Origin: Macrostomum hystrix
Lineage: Eukaryota > Animalia > Platyhelminthes
NCBI GenBank assembly: GCA_950097015.1
Contig: CATNEN010000038.1
Location: 32,054,001 to 32,118,000 of the forward strand
Direction of reading: 5' to 3'
Length of the DNA stretch: 64,000 bases
Part shown: positions 24,401-37,542 of the stretch, piece after piece
Layout: every line of letters begins with the position of its first letter
Numbering within the stretch: the stretch's first letter is position 1
Notes under the pieces: generated by a model
What the model saw: the letters and a program-made list of their open reading frames with translations, nothing else
Told to the model about the DNA's origin: nothing
Databases searched by the model: none
Position numbers and translations under genes: made by a program

Positions 24401-27400
24401 GACTTGTGAGAGGAATAGAATGCTAGACTTGTGAGAGGAATAGAATGCTAGACTTGTGAGAGGGATAGAATGCTAGACTTGTGAGAGGAATAGAATGCTA
24501 GACTTGTGAGAGGAATAGAATGCTAGACTTGTGAGAGGAATAGAATGCTAGACTTGTGAGAGGAATAGAATGCTAGACTTGTGAGAGGAATAGAATGCTA
24601 GACTTGTGAGAGGGATAGAATGCTAGACTTGTGAGAGGAATAGAATGCTAGACTTGTGAGAGGAATAGAATGCTAGACTTGTGAGAGGAATAGAATGGTA
24701 CAGTTGTGAGATGCCCAATAAATAAATAAAGCCATTTATCCTACTTATTTAGTAGAGTGAAAAGAGCTTTACTAACTTTTTTTATATAGTTTTATTTAAT
24801 AGTACGTAGCTAAGTCTGAGCACCTCGCCACCTCATTACACGATGTTGATGCAAATTTCGATTCTTAGTTGGTCAACAGTTGATGGACACGGTGACGAAT
24901 CTGGCCAGAGCTCACTCAGATGATTGTCCGTGGCAGAACGACCCAATGCCCGGTAAGGAAGTGACATACTGATTGCGTATCTATAGCTATAATTCAGTAT
25001 TTTCGGTTCGCTCTGCTTTAGTGTATCTATTGGAATTAGATGACCAAAATACTGCGTGGGACTGCAGATAGACACATTGCTCGCTTCACGCATCGGCCTT
25101 GTTTTTAAACTCATTCCAAAAAAGTGAACAAGAGAGCGAGTATCGATCGCTTCCAAATTTCAAATGGCTGGGATTTGGAATGTGTTTTCTCGTGACTGGG
25201 ATTTAGAATGTGTTTTCTTATAGATGAGGTTTGGAATGTGTTTTCTCATGGCTGGGATTTAGAATGTGTTTTCTCATGGCTGGGATTTGGAATGTGTTTT
25301 CTCGTGACTGGGATTTAGAATGTGTTTTCTTATAGATGAGGTTTGGAATGTGTTTTCTCATGGCTGGGATTTAGAATGTGTTTTCTCATGGCTGGGATTT
25401 GGAATGTGTTTTCTCGTGACTGGGATTTAGAATGTGTTTTCTTATAGATGAGGTTTGGAATGTGTTTTCTCATGGCTGGGATTTAGAATGTGTTTTCTCA
25501 TGGATGAGGTTTGGAATGTGTTTTCTCATGGCTGGGATTTAGAATGTGTTTTCTCATGGATGAGGTTTGGAATGTGTTTTCTCATGGATGAGGTTTGGAA
25601 TGTGTTTTCTCATGGCTGGGATTTGGAATGTGTTTTCTCATGGATGAGGTTTGGAATGTGTTTTCTCATGGATGAGGTTTGGAATGTGTTTTCTCATGGC
25701 TGGGATTTGGAATGTGTTTTCTCATGGATGAGGTTTGGAATGTGTTTTCTCATGGCTGGGATTTAGAATGTGTTTTCTCATGGATGGGGTTTGGAATGTG
25801 TTTTCTCATGGATGAGGTTTGGTATGTGTTTTCTCATGGCTGGGATTTGGAATGTGTTTTCTCATGGATGAGGTTTGGAATGTGTTTTCTTATAGATGAG
25901 GTTTGGAATGTGTTTTCTCATGGCTGGGATTTAGAATGTGTTTTCTCATGGCTAGGATTTGGAATGTGTTTTCTTATAGATGAGGTTTAAAATGTGTTTT
26001 CTCATGGCTGGGATTTGGAATGTGTTTTCTCATGGCTGGGATTTGGAATGTGTTTTCTCATGGATGAGGTTTGGAATGTGTTTTCTCATGGCTGGGATGT
26101 GGAATGTGTTTTCTCATGGATGGGGTTTGGAATGTGTTTTCTCATGGATGAGGTTTGGTATGTGTTTTCTCATGGCTGGGATTTGGAATGTGTTTTCTCA
26201 TGGATGAGGTTTGGAATGTGTTTTCTTATAGATGAGGTTTGGAATGTGTTTTCTCATGGCTGGGATTTGGAATGTGTTTTCTCATGGCTAGGATTTGGAA
26301 TGTGTTTTCTTATAGATGAGGTTTAAAATGTGTTTTCTCATGGCTGGGATTTGGAATGTGTTTTCTCATGGATGAGGTTTGGAATGTGTTTTCTCATGGA
26401 TGAGGTTTGGAATGTGTTTTCTCATGGCTGGGATTTGGAATGTGTTTTCTCATGGATGAGGTTTGGAATGTGTTTTCTCGTGACTGGGATTTAGAATGTG
26501 TTTTCTCATGGCTGGGATTTGGAATGTGTTTTCTCATGGATGAGGTTTGGAATGTGTTTTCTCATAGATGACGTTTGGAATGTGCTTTCTCGTGGATGAG
26601 GTTTGGAATGTGTTTTCTCATGGATGACGTTTGGAATGTGCTTTCTCGTGGATGAGGTTTGGAATGTGTTTTCTCATGGATGAGGTTTGGAATGTGTTTT
26701 CTCATGGATGAGGTTTGGAATGTGTTTTCTCATGGATGAGGTTTGGAATGTGGTTTCTCATGGATGAGGTTTGGAATGTGTTTTCTCATGGCTGGGATTT
26801 GGAATGTGTTTTCTCATGGATGAGGTTTGGAATGTGTTTTCTCATAGATGGTGTTTGGAATGTGTTTTCTCATGGATGATATATTTAACATTTCTGTGAG
26901 ATATTTAGAATTAGTTATTTTCAGTAATTGGGTGAAATTTTTTGCTACTTCACGCAAATTTATACTCGAAGGCGCGTCTTGACCTTCATTTGAACCTTCC
27001 AGACGACACTCCACTTTTGCCCTTCACTGATCCCGAAGCCGACCTGCGTGCCTTCTTGAAAATCAGCGGAAGTCTGGCTCCAATTTGCTCCGCTGTCAAC
27101 TCCAATGTTCGGTTTGCGCTGCAGGTTGGTATTTAGTAAATGTCATTGGGTACACTTCGTACATTATCGATCAGTTAATATAATAACAGTACATGCAGTT
27201 AATTTAATAACAGTACATGCAGTTAATATAATAACAGTACATGCAGTTAATATAATAACAGTACATGCAGTTAATATAATAACAGTACATGCAGTTAATA
27301 TAATAACAGTACATGCAGTTAATACTGATAGAAATATATTTGTAGACTTGAATCAGTCTACTAAGTCGGTAGATTGTCAACTGAATATTTAGATTGTCAA

Positions 27401-30400
27401 CTGAATAGGTAGATTGTCAACTTAAATAGGTAGATTGTCAACTAAAATAGGTAGATTGTTAACTAAAATATGTAGATTGTCAACTAAAATAGGTAGATTG
27501 TCAACTGAAATAGGTAGATTGTCAACTAAAATAGGTAGATTTTCAACTAAAATAGGTAGATTGTCAACTGAAATAGGTAGATTGTCAACTGAAATAGGTA
27601 GATTGTCAACTAAAATAGGTAGATTGTCAACTGAAATAGGTAGATTGTCAACTGAAATAGGTAGATTGTCAACTAAAATAGGTAGATTGTCAACTGAAAT
27701 AGGTAGATTGTCAACTGAAATAGGTAGATTGTCAACTGAAATAGGTAGATTGTCAACCGAAATAGGTAGATTGTCAACTGAAATAGGTAGATTGTCAACT
27801 GAAATAGGTAGATTGTCAACTGAAATAGGTAGATTGTCAACTGAAATAGGTAGACTGTCATCTTAATTAGGTAGATTTTCGCCCCAATCAGCTCTGCAAA
27901 ACCTGGCGCCAATATTTTTAGTGCACAGTGGCTCGCGACCTCATTGAGTTCGTGCGCAGCCGCAGTGACTGCCTACTGTCCCTGCCCGAGGATGTCCGCC
28001 ATCGCTGCTGCCTGCTGGCCATCGCCGGATGGTGCCCTGACCAGCCTGACCAGGGTGCCTTAGCTCGCAGTCGTCTAATCTGCTGCTGCTTCTGCCAGCG
28101 TCGAGTCGGCCTTTGGAGCCTCAACCGCGGCATGGAGCATCAGCAGCAACAGCAGCAGCTGTCGGCACAGGGCCAGCAACAGCAGCAGCAGGCTAGCGCC
28201 ACCGCCGTTGTCATCGACGACGCCTCCTTGTCCGACGGCGTAGAAGCCGGCATGTCGCTTGGTGCAGCTGCTGGTGTCGGTAGCAGCGGCAGCGGGGGAA
28301 TGCCAGCTCCCAGCTACGCCCTGACTGAGATGATCATCAATAGGCAGCTGCTGTTTGCCAAGAAGCAGCACAGCGTTTCCGATTGGTCTCTGATTAGCAA
28401 TGCTGGCAGCGAGGCCGCCTCGGTAAGCCTGATCAAATTCACTCCCTGATCCCCTCTCTGATCTCCTGCACTCTGATCCCCTGCACTCTGATCTCCTGCA
28501 CTCTGATCCCCTGCACTCTGATCCCCTGTTCTCTGATCCCCAGCTCTCTGATCCCCTGCTCTTTGATCCCCTGCTCTCTGATCCCCAGCTCTCTGATCCC
28601 CAGCACTCTGACCCCCTTCACTCTGATCCCCTTCACTTTGATCCCCTTCTGAGTTCTGCTTCACCTTCTGATCACCCAAATTTTCTTATCCTCTATTCAA
28701 TCGAATCCTCTCTTTGAACCCCAGTACAGTTTTTGATTCCCTTCACTTTTTGATTGAATTCTCAACCAGATCTTCCTGGCTGTGAACCCATTTTTACGAG
28801 TTCGTGGCTCCATTGTGTCGTGTTTTCAAAGAAAATAGTTGACAAAATAGTTACGCACGAGGGGAATTTCTCTTCCATTCACATCAGTTGGCAGGATGAC
28901 TAAAATCCGCATCGATCAGATAAATAATTGGGATTTCCTATTTAATTTCCCAAGCACAGCAGCACTAGGCTATCTTCAGGAAATTACATATATTCTCCCA
29001 TTATGGCAACTGGAGATTAAGTAAGGATCTGTAGCCATGGCGGAAACTTTGTTTTTTCTTCTAGTCTTCTAGCCTGGTATCTATTAGCAAGAATTTAAAT
29101 TCTATCTTTAAACAGTTATCATCGAAATTGGCTTTCAATGAAATTCTATAACTAATGAACTGTGGCAATGACCATTCTGTAACTAATGAACTGTGGCAAT
29201 GACCATTCTGTAACTAATGAACTGTGGCAATGACCATTCTGTAACTAATGAACTGTGGCAATGACCATTCTGTAACTAATGAACTGTGGCAATGACCATT
29301 CTGTATCTAATGAACTGTGGCAATGACCATTCTGTAGCTAATGAACTGTGGCAATGACCATTCTGTAACTAATGAACTGTGGCAATGACCATTCTGTAAC
29401 TAATGAACTGTGGCAATGACCATTCTGTAACTAATGAACTGTGGCAATGACCATTCTGTATCTAATGAACTGTGGCAATGACCATTCTGTAGCTAATGAA
29501 CTGTGGCAATGACCATTCTGTAACTAATGAACTGTGGCAATGACCATTCTGTAACTAATGAACTGTGGCAATGACCATTCTGTAACTAATGAACTGTGGC
29601 AATGACCATTCTGTATCTAATGAACTGTGGCAATGACCATTCTGTAACTAATGAACTGTGGCAATGACCATTCTGTAACTAATGAACTGTGGCAATGACC
29701 ATTCTGTAACTAATGAACTGTGGCATTGACCATTCTGTAACGAATAAATTGTGGCATTGACCACTGTAAAACATCCCGCAGATTCGTGATCTTGACGAAG
29801 TGCAGTCAGTAGCTGGCAGTACAGTGTCAAACTTATCGGCCGGCGATATAGCTAATCAGTTGCAGGACATTGACCAGCAGCAACAGCAGCAGCAGCAGCC
29901 AACTCCGCCTTCAAACTTTGCTCTGTCGCTATTGAATCTGCCGCCATCATCGACTGCCAGCGGAGGTGGTGGCAGTCAATGCGGCGATCCGGACAACTGG
30001 TCCACAATGACCAACGCCGATAGTGACAGGCGCTCCATTGCCCAATCCGATGTTGCCGCTTCGTTCATCCTGGGCTCTGGCGATGAATCCGGCAGCGGCG
30101 GAAAACGACCTCGGCTTGAAGCTCTGGACGACGCCTCTGTCGGCTCGACATCCGCCGCGCCCGGTTTGGCCACCGTCGACCTGCTGGCCCTGCACTGGGC
30201 CTGGTGCCCTTGGCGACCTGGTGACCCGTCCGAGGACTGGTGCCGGTCAGTGCTCAGCCTACCAGTTCTGGATCGGCCAGACAACGATGGCGACAATGCT
30301 GACAGCAACGTCGAGGATGCCGAAGATGGCGACGGTTGCTACAGTGGCAGCGGCGGGCGGCAGTTGTCAGTGACGCCGCCAACGCCGACACCGGCGCCGA

Positions 30401-30772
30401 TGTAGGTCGGTTAATTGATTGTCTATCAAACCGTTTCCGTGTTTAGTGATTGATAATTGATAAATTGATTGATTGATCAATTTTCCATTAGGCAATGGAA
30501 AAATCAGTTGGTTTATTTACTGGTTGGTCACTATGTCGGTTAATAATAGCAGTGGCACATCATTTTGTGACACTAGACCCGCAGCCAGCGAGGAGGCAAT
30601 TCTGCCCATTCCGCTGACTCCTGAGCACACTCGCACAGATACTGTACGCAGGCCCGGACTTTCACATTGTCAGGCAGTGTACACTTTCATTGTGCCTTGG
30701 AGGTTGGCCCTCATGGACGTCAATTGCACGACAAGCCCCCAAGCCTTCTCTCCGCGACTGAGCCCCAAATGA
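21466..30772 (+). CDS. ZC3HC1: Zinc finger C3HC-type protein 1 / NIPA homolog
   Basis: Exons 21466-21500, 23302-23392, 23487-23634, 24869-24952, 27003-27124, 27922-28422, 29782-30401 and probably 30577-30772 (or stop at 30405); phases match. Motifs RLKSY..WSNKPIEVSPLVCSRHGW..LGCVAC..AHSDDCPW (zf-C3HC) and LAIAGW..LICCCFCQRRVGLW..HWAWCPW (Rsm1-like). Confidence 0.88.
23688..24710. repeat. 25-bp minisatellite (gaatgctagacttgtgagaggaata)n
   Basis: ZC3HC1 intron 3. Confidence 0.95.
25165..26880. repeat. 28-bp minisatellite (ggaatgtgttttctcatggatgaggttt / ...gctgggattt)n
   Basis: ZC3HC1 intron 4; two interspersed variants. Confidence 0.95.
27172..27323. repeat. 24-bp minisatellite (cagttaatataataacagtacatg)n
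   Basis: About six copies, ZC3HC1 intron 5. Confidence 0.9.
27365..27862. repeat. 21-bp minisatellite (gtagattgtcaactgaaatag)n
   Basis: ZC3HC1 intron 5. Confidence 0.95.
28445..28680. repeat. 15-bp minisatellite (ctctgatcccctgca)n
   Basis: ZC3HC1 intron 6; same unit recurs at 31243-31295. Confidence 0.9.
29145..29760. repeat. 31-bp minisatellite (ctaatgaactgtggcaatgaccattctgtaa)n
   Basis: ZC3HC1 intron 6, ends about 20 nt before the acceptor at 29781. Confidence 0.95.
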
Positions 30773-30962
30773 AAGTGGCCTCGCCGCGGAATCGAGCTCA
30801 GGGACCCGTGGTGCGAGAGGCAAACGCGTTCACCCCTCTGCCACTCACCCCCCTTCTTGTTTGTCAGTTAATCGATATAGATTCCTTTTTGTTAAGTTGT
30901 TTGATAAATTTTGTTGTTTTCAGTTGATTTATTTAGTAGTTAATTCTCAGATCAGACAGCCT

Positions 30963-31000
<38 letters not shown>

Positions 31001-31327
31001 TTGTCAATTTCTGAAAGTCTATAAGTCGTTCTCTGAACTGTTTTCAATTCGCTCTATGCGTATTTTGCTTTTGAAAAGACAGGTAAACCAATCATCTAGA
31101 CTAAAATAAAACTCTGTTGCTGTTTTTCTATTTCATAAATGAGTAACTCAATGCCACCTAAACATAAAATATTTGTTTTTTCCCCATAATAATTGTGCTA
31201 TTTTTTTATTAACCTAAACAACATGTTTCTGTGCGCACTAACTTTGATCCCCCGCACTCTGATCCCCTGCAATCTGATCCCCTGCTCTCTGATCCTCTCT
31301 ATCGTAGCGGTTATTATTATATACTCA

Positions 31328-31496
31328 GAGCGGTAGAGTTGGGATAGAGAGGAGGGGGAGCGGTAGAGTTGGGATAGAGAGGAGGGGGAGCGGTAGAGTT
31401 GGGATAGGGGAGGAGAGCGGTAGAGTTGGGATAGGGGAGGAGAGCGGTAGAGTTGGGATTGGGGAGGAGAGCGGTAGAGTTGGGATAGGGGAGGAG
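31328..31496. repeat. 27-bp minisatellite (gagcggtagagttgggataggggagga)n, short copy
   Basis: Same unit as 33853-34720. Confidence 0.9.
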
Positions 31497-32264
31497 ATTA
31501 GTAGCTGCTTTGCTACTAAAGCAGCAGTTATTGGTAGATTAAGAGTGTGTCAAATGTTTCTTTTAATAGTTTTCCAGCTTTGAAGCTCACATGATCTCAA
31601 TAATAATATATTATATGCGACAGCAACAGCAGCAGCAGCAGTGACTAATGCTTTTTTTACATTTGTTTGCCAAGCGTTTAAGAAAATATCGTAAAAAAGC
31701 ATAAGTTTTTCATTGCTTAATCCAATGAAACTATAAATTTGTAATGTTTTTTTCTATTTTTTCCGGTCTTTTTTTGTTCATAAGACACACATTTTTTAAG
31801 TCGCTGTAAATTTTACCATTGTGTCCGGTGTTACTTGCTGTCACTTTTTTACAGTTAATTTGTTACATTTTTACACCTGTTTTCCTTAGGCCCAACGTAT
31901 AGTTGAATTAATAAAATCACTACTTCATTATCTAGGCTTATCGAAGGCTTATAAGCTTATAGTTTAAGGGTAACGACCATTGTAATAATCTTGGCCTAGT
32001 GCTATTTTGTTGTAATTATATTTAATACGTAAGTAACACAATAAATAAAATACGAAGTGTTTGATCTACTCATTGAAATATGTAAGACATTCGTTACGAG
32101 GCTCCTCTTTAGTCGCGTTGAATTAAATATTTGAAAATGAAAACGAGAATCGTCTCTCTGTTTTAGTGTATTTTTTCTGGTTTTAATTAACCTTAAAATC
32201 TGACGAAAACATATGACTGGCGGACAAACAGACAGCCAGGTATATTGTACAATATTGTAAACAT

Positions 32265-33440
32265 CGTAGACATGGATTGGAACGTGTTAGACATGGATTG
32301 TAACGTGTTAGACATGGATTGGAACGTGTTAGACATGCCGGAGTTCAACGTGTTAGACATGGATTGTAACGTGTTAGACATGGATTGTAACGTGTTAGAC
32401 ATGGATTGGAACGTGTTAGACATGGATTGTAACGTGTTAGACATGGATTGGAACGTGTAAGACTTGGAGTTCAACGTGTAAGACATGGAGTTCAACGTGT
32501 AAGACATGGAGTTCAACTTGTTAGACATGGATTGGAACGTGTTAGACATGGATTGGACCGTGTTAGACATGGAGTTCAACGTGTAAGACATGATTTGTAA
32601 CGTGTTAGAGTGAATTGAAACGTGTTAGACATGGAGTTCAATGTGTAAGACATGGAGTTCAACGTGTAAGACATGGATTGTAACGTGTTAGACATGGATT
32701 GTAACGTGTTAGACATGGATTGGAACGTGTTAGACATGCCGGAGTTCAACGTGTTAGACATGGATTGTAACGTGTTAGACATGGATTGTAACGTGTTAGA
32801 CATGGATTGGAACGTGTAAGACTTGGAGTTCAACGTGTAAGACATGGAGTTCAACGTGTAAGACATGGAGTTCAACGTGTTAGACATGGATTGTAACGTG
32901 TTAGACATGGATTGGAACGTGTTAGATATGCCGGAGTTCAACGTGTTAGACATGGATTGTAACGTGTTAGACATGGATTGGAACGTGTTAGACATGGATT
33001 GTAACGTGTAAGACTTGGAGTTCAACGTGTAAGACATGGATTGTAACGTGTTAGACATGGATTGGAACGTGTAAGACATGGAGTTCAACGTGTAAGACAT
33101 GGATTGTAACGTGTTAGACATGGATTGGAACGTGTAAGACATGGAGTTCAACGTGTAAGACATGGAGTTCAACGTGTTAGACATGGATTGGAACGTGTTA
33201 GACATGGATTGGAACGTGTTAGACATGGATTGGAACTTGTAAGACATGGAGTTTAACGTGTTAGACGTGGATTGTAACGTGTTAGACGTGAATTGAAACG
33301 TGTTAGACATGCCGGAGTTCAACGTGTTAGAAATTGACTGTAAAGTGTTAGACGTGAATTGAAACGTGTTAGACGTGAAGTATAACGAGTTAGACATGGA
33401 GTTCAACGTGTTCGACAAAGATAAAGAACGGTTAGACAAA
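32265..33440. repeat. 21-bp minisatellite (aacgtgttagacatggattgt)n
   Basis: Direct tandem repeat with several variants. Confidence 0.95.
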
Positions 33441-33852
33441 CGTTACAACACGTTGACTTGTTGACTAACAGACAAATAGACAAGGCTATAAAGGTATAAA
33501 TACATACATGTGGCGATGGTCCTTTCTTGGAGTCATTCTAGACTTCGCAAAATTCAAAGAACAGACTGGTGGCAAGTCTCTTTTTGAATTTCTGTGGCCT
33601 CTGCTTTTAGGGCTTTAAAAATGCTTAATTATTGCATTCTATGCTTGCAAGCATAGCCCTAATACAGAGAATCGGGGCAGTCATTTTGGGTTCCTTAGGG
33701 AATTCAACTCATATGGACCATCATTTTATGCCTATAAAATAAGATTAGCTGCTTTGCTGCCAGCCTCAAGTGTATTTTGTCGGCAATTCATTTGACTATA
33801 AGAAATTATCGCGTTCAATATTTACGCGTACTCTGGCTCTACAAGAGTAAGA

Positions 33853-34720
33853 GAGGTGGAGTTGGGATAGGGGAGGAAAGCGGTAGAGTTGGGATAGGGG
33901 AGGAGAGCGGTAGAGTTGGGATAGGGGAGGAGAGCGGTAGAGTTGTGATAGGGGAGGAGAGCGGTAGAGTTGGGATAGGGGAGGAGAGCGGTAGAGTTGG
34001 GATAGGGGAGGAGAGCGGTAGAGTTGGGATAGGGGAGGAGAGCGGTAGAGTTGGGATAGGGGAGGAGAGCGGTAGAGTTGGGATAGGGGAGGAGAGCGGT
34101 AGAGTTGGGATAGGGGAGGAGAGCGGTAGAGTTGGGATAGGGGAGGAGAGCGGTAGAGTTGGGATAGGGGAGGAGAGCGGTAGAGTTGGGATAGGGGAGG
34201 AGAGCGGTAGAGTTGGGATAGGGGAGGAGAGCGGTAGAGTTGGGATAGGGGAGGAGAGCGGTAGAGTTGGGATAGGGGAGGAGAGCGGTAGAGTTGGGAT
34301 AGGGGAGGAGAGCGGTAGAGTTGGGATAGGGGAGGAGAGCGGTAGAGTTGGGATAGGGGAGGAGAGCGGTAGAGTTGGGATAGGGGAGGAGAGCGGTAGA
34401 GTTGGGATAGGGGAGGAGAGCGGTAGAGTTGGGATAGGGGAGGAGAGCGGTAGAGTTGGGATAGGGGAGGAGAGCGGTAGAGTTGGGATAGGGGAGGAGA
34501 GCGGTAGAGTTGTGATAGGGGAGGAGAGCGGTAGAGTTGGGATAGGGGAGGAGAGCGGTAGAGTTGGGATAGGGGAGGAGAGCGGTAGAGTTGGGATAGG
34601 GGAGGAGAGCGGTAGAGTTGGGATAGAGGAGGAGAGCGGTAGAGTTGTGATAGGGGAGGAGAGCGGTAGAGTTGGGATAGGGGAGGAGAGCGGTAGAGTT
34701 GGGATAGAGAGGAGGGGGGA
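33853..34720. repeat. 27-bp minisatellite (gagcggtagagttgggataggggagga)n
   Basis: Very homogeneous array just downstream of the GPCR stop. Confidence 0.95.
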
Positions 34721-34828
34721 GCTGTAGAGTGAGGAAGAGGATAAGTTGAAGCAATTGCCCTGTTTTACACAGACTGTAGTGAATCATTATTAGTCAGCTC
34801 TACCAAGTTCTGCTTACAGCAACTGCTA

Positions 34829-37508
34829 TCAAGTAAAAGATTCATAGCGGGCATTCTCGGTAATATCTGCCAGCATCATCGTCAGTTCAACCGAAGCGAT
34901 CGCATTCGGAGCACAATGGCTGCTACTGGTTGTTTCTCGCTGATTTGGATCGGTAGGATTATCGGCTGGATTAGCAGGCGGATTTAGCTGGGCGTCCTCA
35001 TTATCTGTATCGAGTCGCTTGTAGATGGCCTCATCTAGTACACTGTCTATGGCTGAACTGCTGCAGGTCGCAGTGGGCTGACCGGCTACGGTCTGGAAAA
35101 AATCATTGTTTATTAGCGAACAACTGTTAGATATGCGAGCGTGTTAGACGGATAGGGGGCTAAATTTTAGGTGTGTAACAGGTGTGCAATCTGTTAGACA
35201 GGTGTGTAATCTGTTAGATAAGAGTGTAAACTATTAGTCAGGAGTGTAATCTGTTTGTCAGAAGCGCAAACTGTTAGACAGGAGTGTCAGCTGTTAGTCA
35301 GGAGTGTCAGCTGTTAGACAGGAGTGTCAGCTGTTAGGCAGGAGTGTCAGCTGTTAGACAGGAGTGTCAGCTGTTAGGCAGGAGTGTCAGCTGTTAGACA
35401 GGAGTGTCAGCTATTAGTCAGGAGTGTCAGCTATTAGTCAGGAGTGTAAACTGTTAGACAGGAGTGTCAGCTGTTAGACAGGAGTGTAGGCTGTTAGGCA
35501 GGAGTGTCAGCTGTTAGACAGGAGTGTCAGCTGTTAGGCAGGAGTGTCAGCTGTTAGACAGGAGTGTCAGCTATTAGTCAGGAGTGTCAGCTATTAGTCA
35601 GGAGTGTAAACTGTTAGACAGGAGTGTCAGCTGTTTGTCAGGAGTGTCAGCTGTCAGGCAGGAGTGTAAACTGTTAGTCAGGAGTGTAAACTGTTAGACA
35701 GGAGTGTAAACTGTTAGACAGGAGTGTCAGCTGTTAGACAGGAGTGTAATCTGTTAGACATGAGTGTAAACTGTTAGACAGGACTGTAAGCTGTTAGACA
35801 GGAGTGTAAACTGTTAGACAGGAGTGTAAACTGTTAGTCAGGAGTGTCAGCTGTTAGACAGGAGTGTAAACTGTTAGACAGGAGTGTAAACTGTTAGACA
35901 GGAGTGTAAACTGTTAGGCAGGAGTGTCAGCTGTTAGTCAGGAGTGTAAACTGTTAGTCAGGAGTGTAAACTGTTAGACAGGAGTGTAAACTGTTAGACA
36001 GGAGTGTAGGCTGTTAGACAGGAGTGTAAACTGTTAGTCAGGAGTGTCAGCTGTTAGACAGGACTGTAAGCTGTTAGACAGGAGTGTAAACTGTTAGACA
36101 GGAGTGCAAACTGTTAGACAGGAGTGTAAACTGTTAGTCAGGAGTGTCAGCTGTTAGACAGGAGTGTAAACTGTTAGACAGGAGTGTAAACTGTTAGACA
36201 GGAGTGTAAACTGTTAGACAGGAGTGTCAGCTGTTAGTCAGGAGTGTAAACTGTTAGTCAGGAGTGTAAACTGTTAGACAGGAGTGTAAACTGTTAGACA
36301 GGAGTGTAAACTGTTAGACAGGAGTGTCAGCTGTTAGACAGGAGTGTCAGCTGTTAGACAGGAGTGTAAACTGTTAGACAGGAGTGTAGGCTGTTAGACA
36401 GGAGTGTAAACTGTTAGACATGAGTGTAAACTGTTAGACAGGACTGTAAGCTGTTAGACAGGAGTGTAAACTGTTAGACAGGAGTGCAAACTGTTAGACA
36501 GGAGTGTAAACTGTTAGTCAGGAGTGTCAGCTGTTAGACAGGAGTGTAAACTGTTAGACAGGAGTGTAAACTGTTAGACAGGAGTGTAAACTGTTAGACA
36601 GGAGTGTCAGCTGTTAGACAGGAGTGTCAGCTGTTAGACAGGAGTGTCAGCTGTTAGACAGGAGATCGCCTGATATGCATGCTTATTATTTTATTAAAAG
36701 GCCATGGAAATTAGAACGTGTTTCTTCTGCAAAATCCACTCTCTTTTTTAGTAACAAAGATAAATAATTAATTAATTTTTTCCATCTAAACTAGCTTTTT
36801 TCCATGATTTACCGTTCTTGATCTCTCCCTCTCTCTCTCTCTCTCCCTCTCTATCTTCCTCTCTATTGATGAGCTCCAACAAGAGCGAAACGCGTCTGGA
36901 GTTGCCTTGGTTCGAATCCGGATTTCAATTTTCTCGATACATATCGGAATCGATTCCAACATTAGATTTTTGAAATTCAATATGCAGTGTCCTCTCTCCT
37001 CTCTTCCGCTCTCCCTCTCCCTTTCTATTCCTCTCCCTCTCTCTTCCTCTCCCTTTCTCTTCCTCTCCCTCTCTCTTCCTCTCCCTCTCTCTTCCTCTCC
37101 CTTTTTCACTCACTCTCTCCCTCTCTCTTCCCTTCTGACTATCCGGATGTCTAATGCTAGTCTCTATTCTGATCCCCATCCCAATTTCAAAAGTCCACAA
37201 TTTTTCTTCTCACCAGGCAATGTCGCCTCCAACTGCTCGCATCGTCATCCGCGCTGTTGCCACCGCCTCCGCCTCTGCCAGCGTCGGTGGAGAGACCAGC
37301 TTCGTTGGCGTTCGTTCGACGAGCTGCTAGCAATGCGCCGAGCATTCCACTGAGAATGCGGCACAGTTCGGCTCTGAAGCCTTCGTAGGACACGTAGTAC
37401 ACCAGGATGTTGATGCTGGAGTCCAGGCTGGTGGCAAGGTTGGCTAAATAGCCGATTGTGTTCCAGCCGACGATCACAAAGCTGTCGCTGGCGCCCTCGC
37501 CTCCACCG

Positions 37509-37542
<34 letters not shown>

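Noticed and set aside
32193-34787. ORFs of 132-321 aa (SMSNTLQ, GIGEESGRV, YPNSTALLP repeats)
   Set aside because: Products of 21-bp and 27-bp repeats whose lengths are multiples of three.
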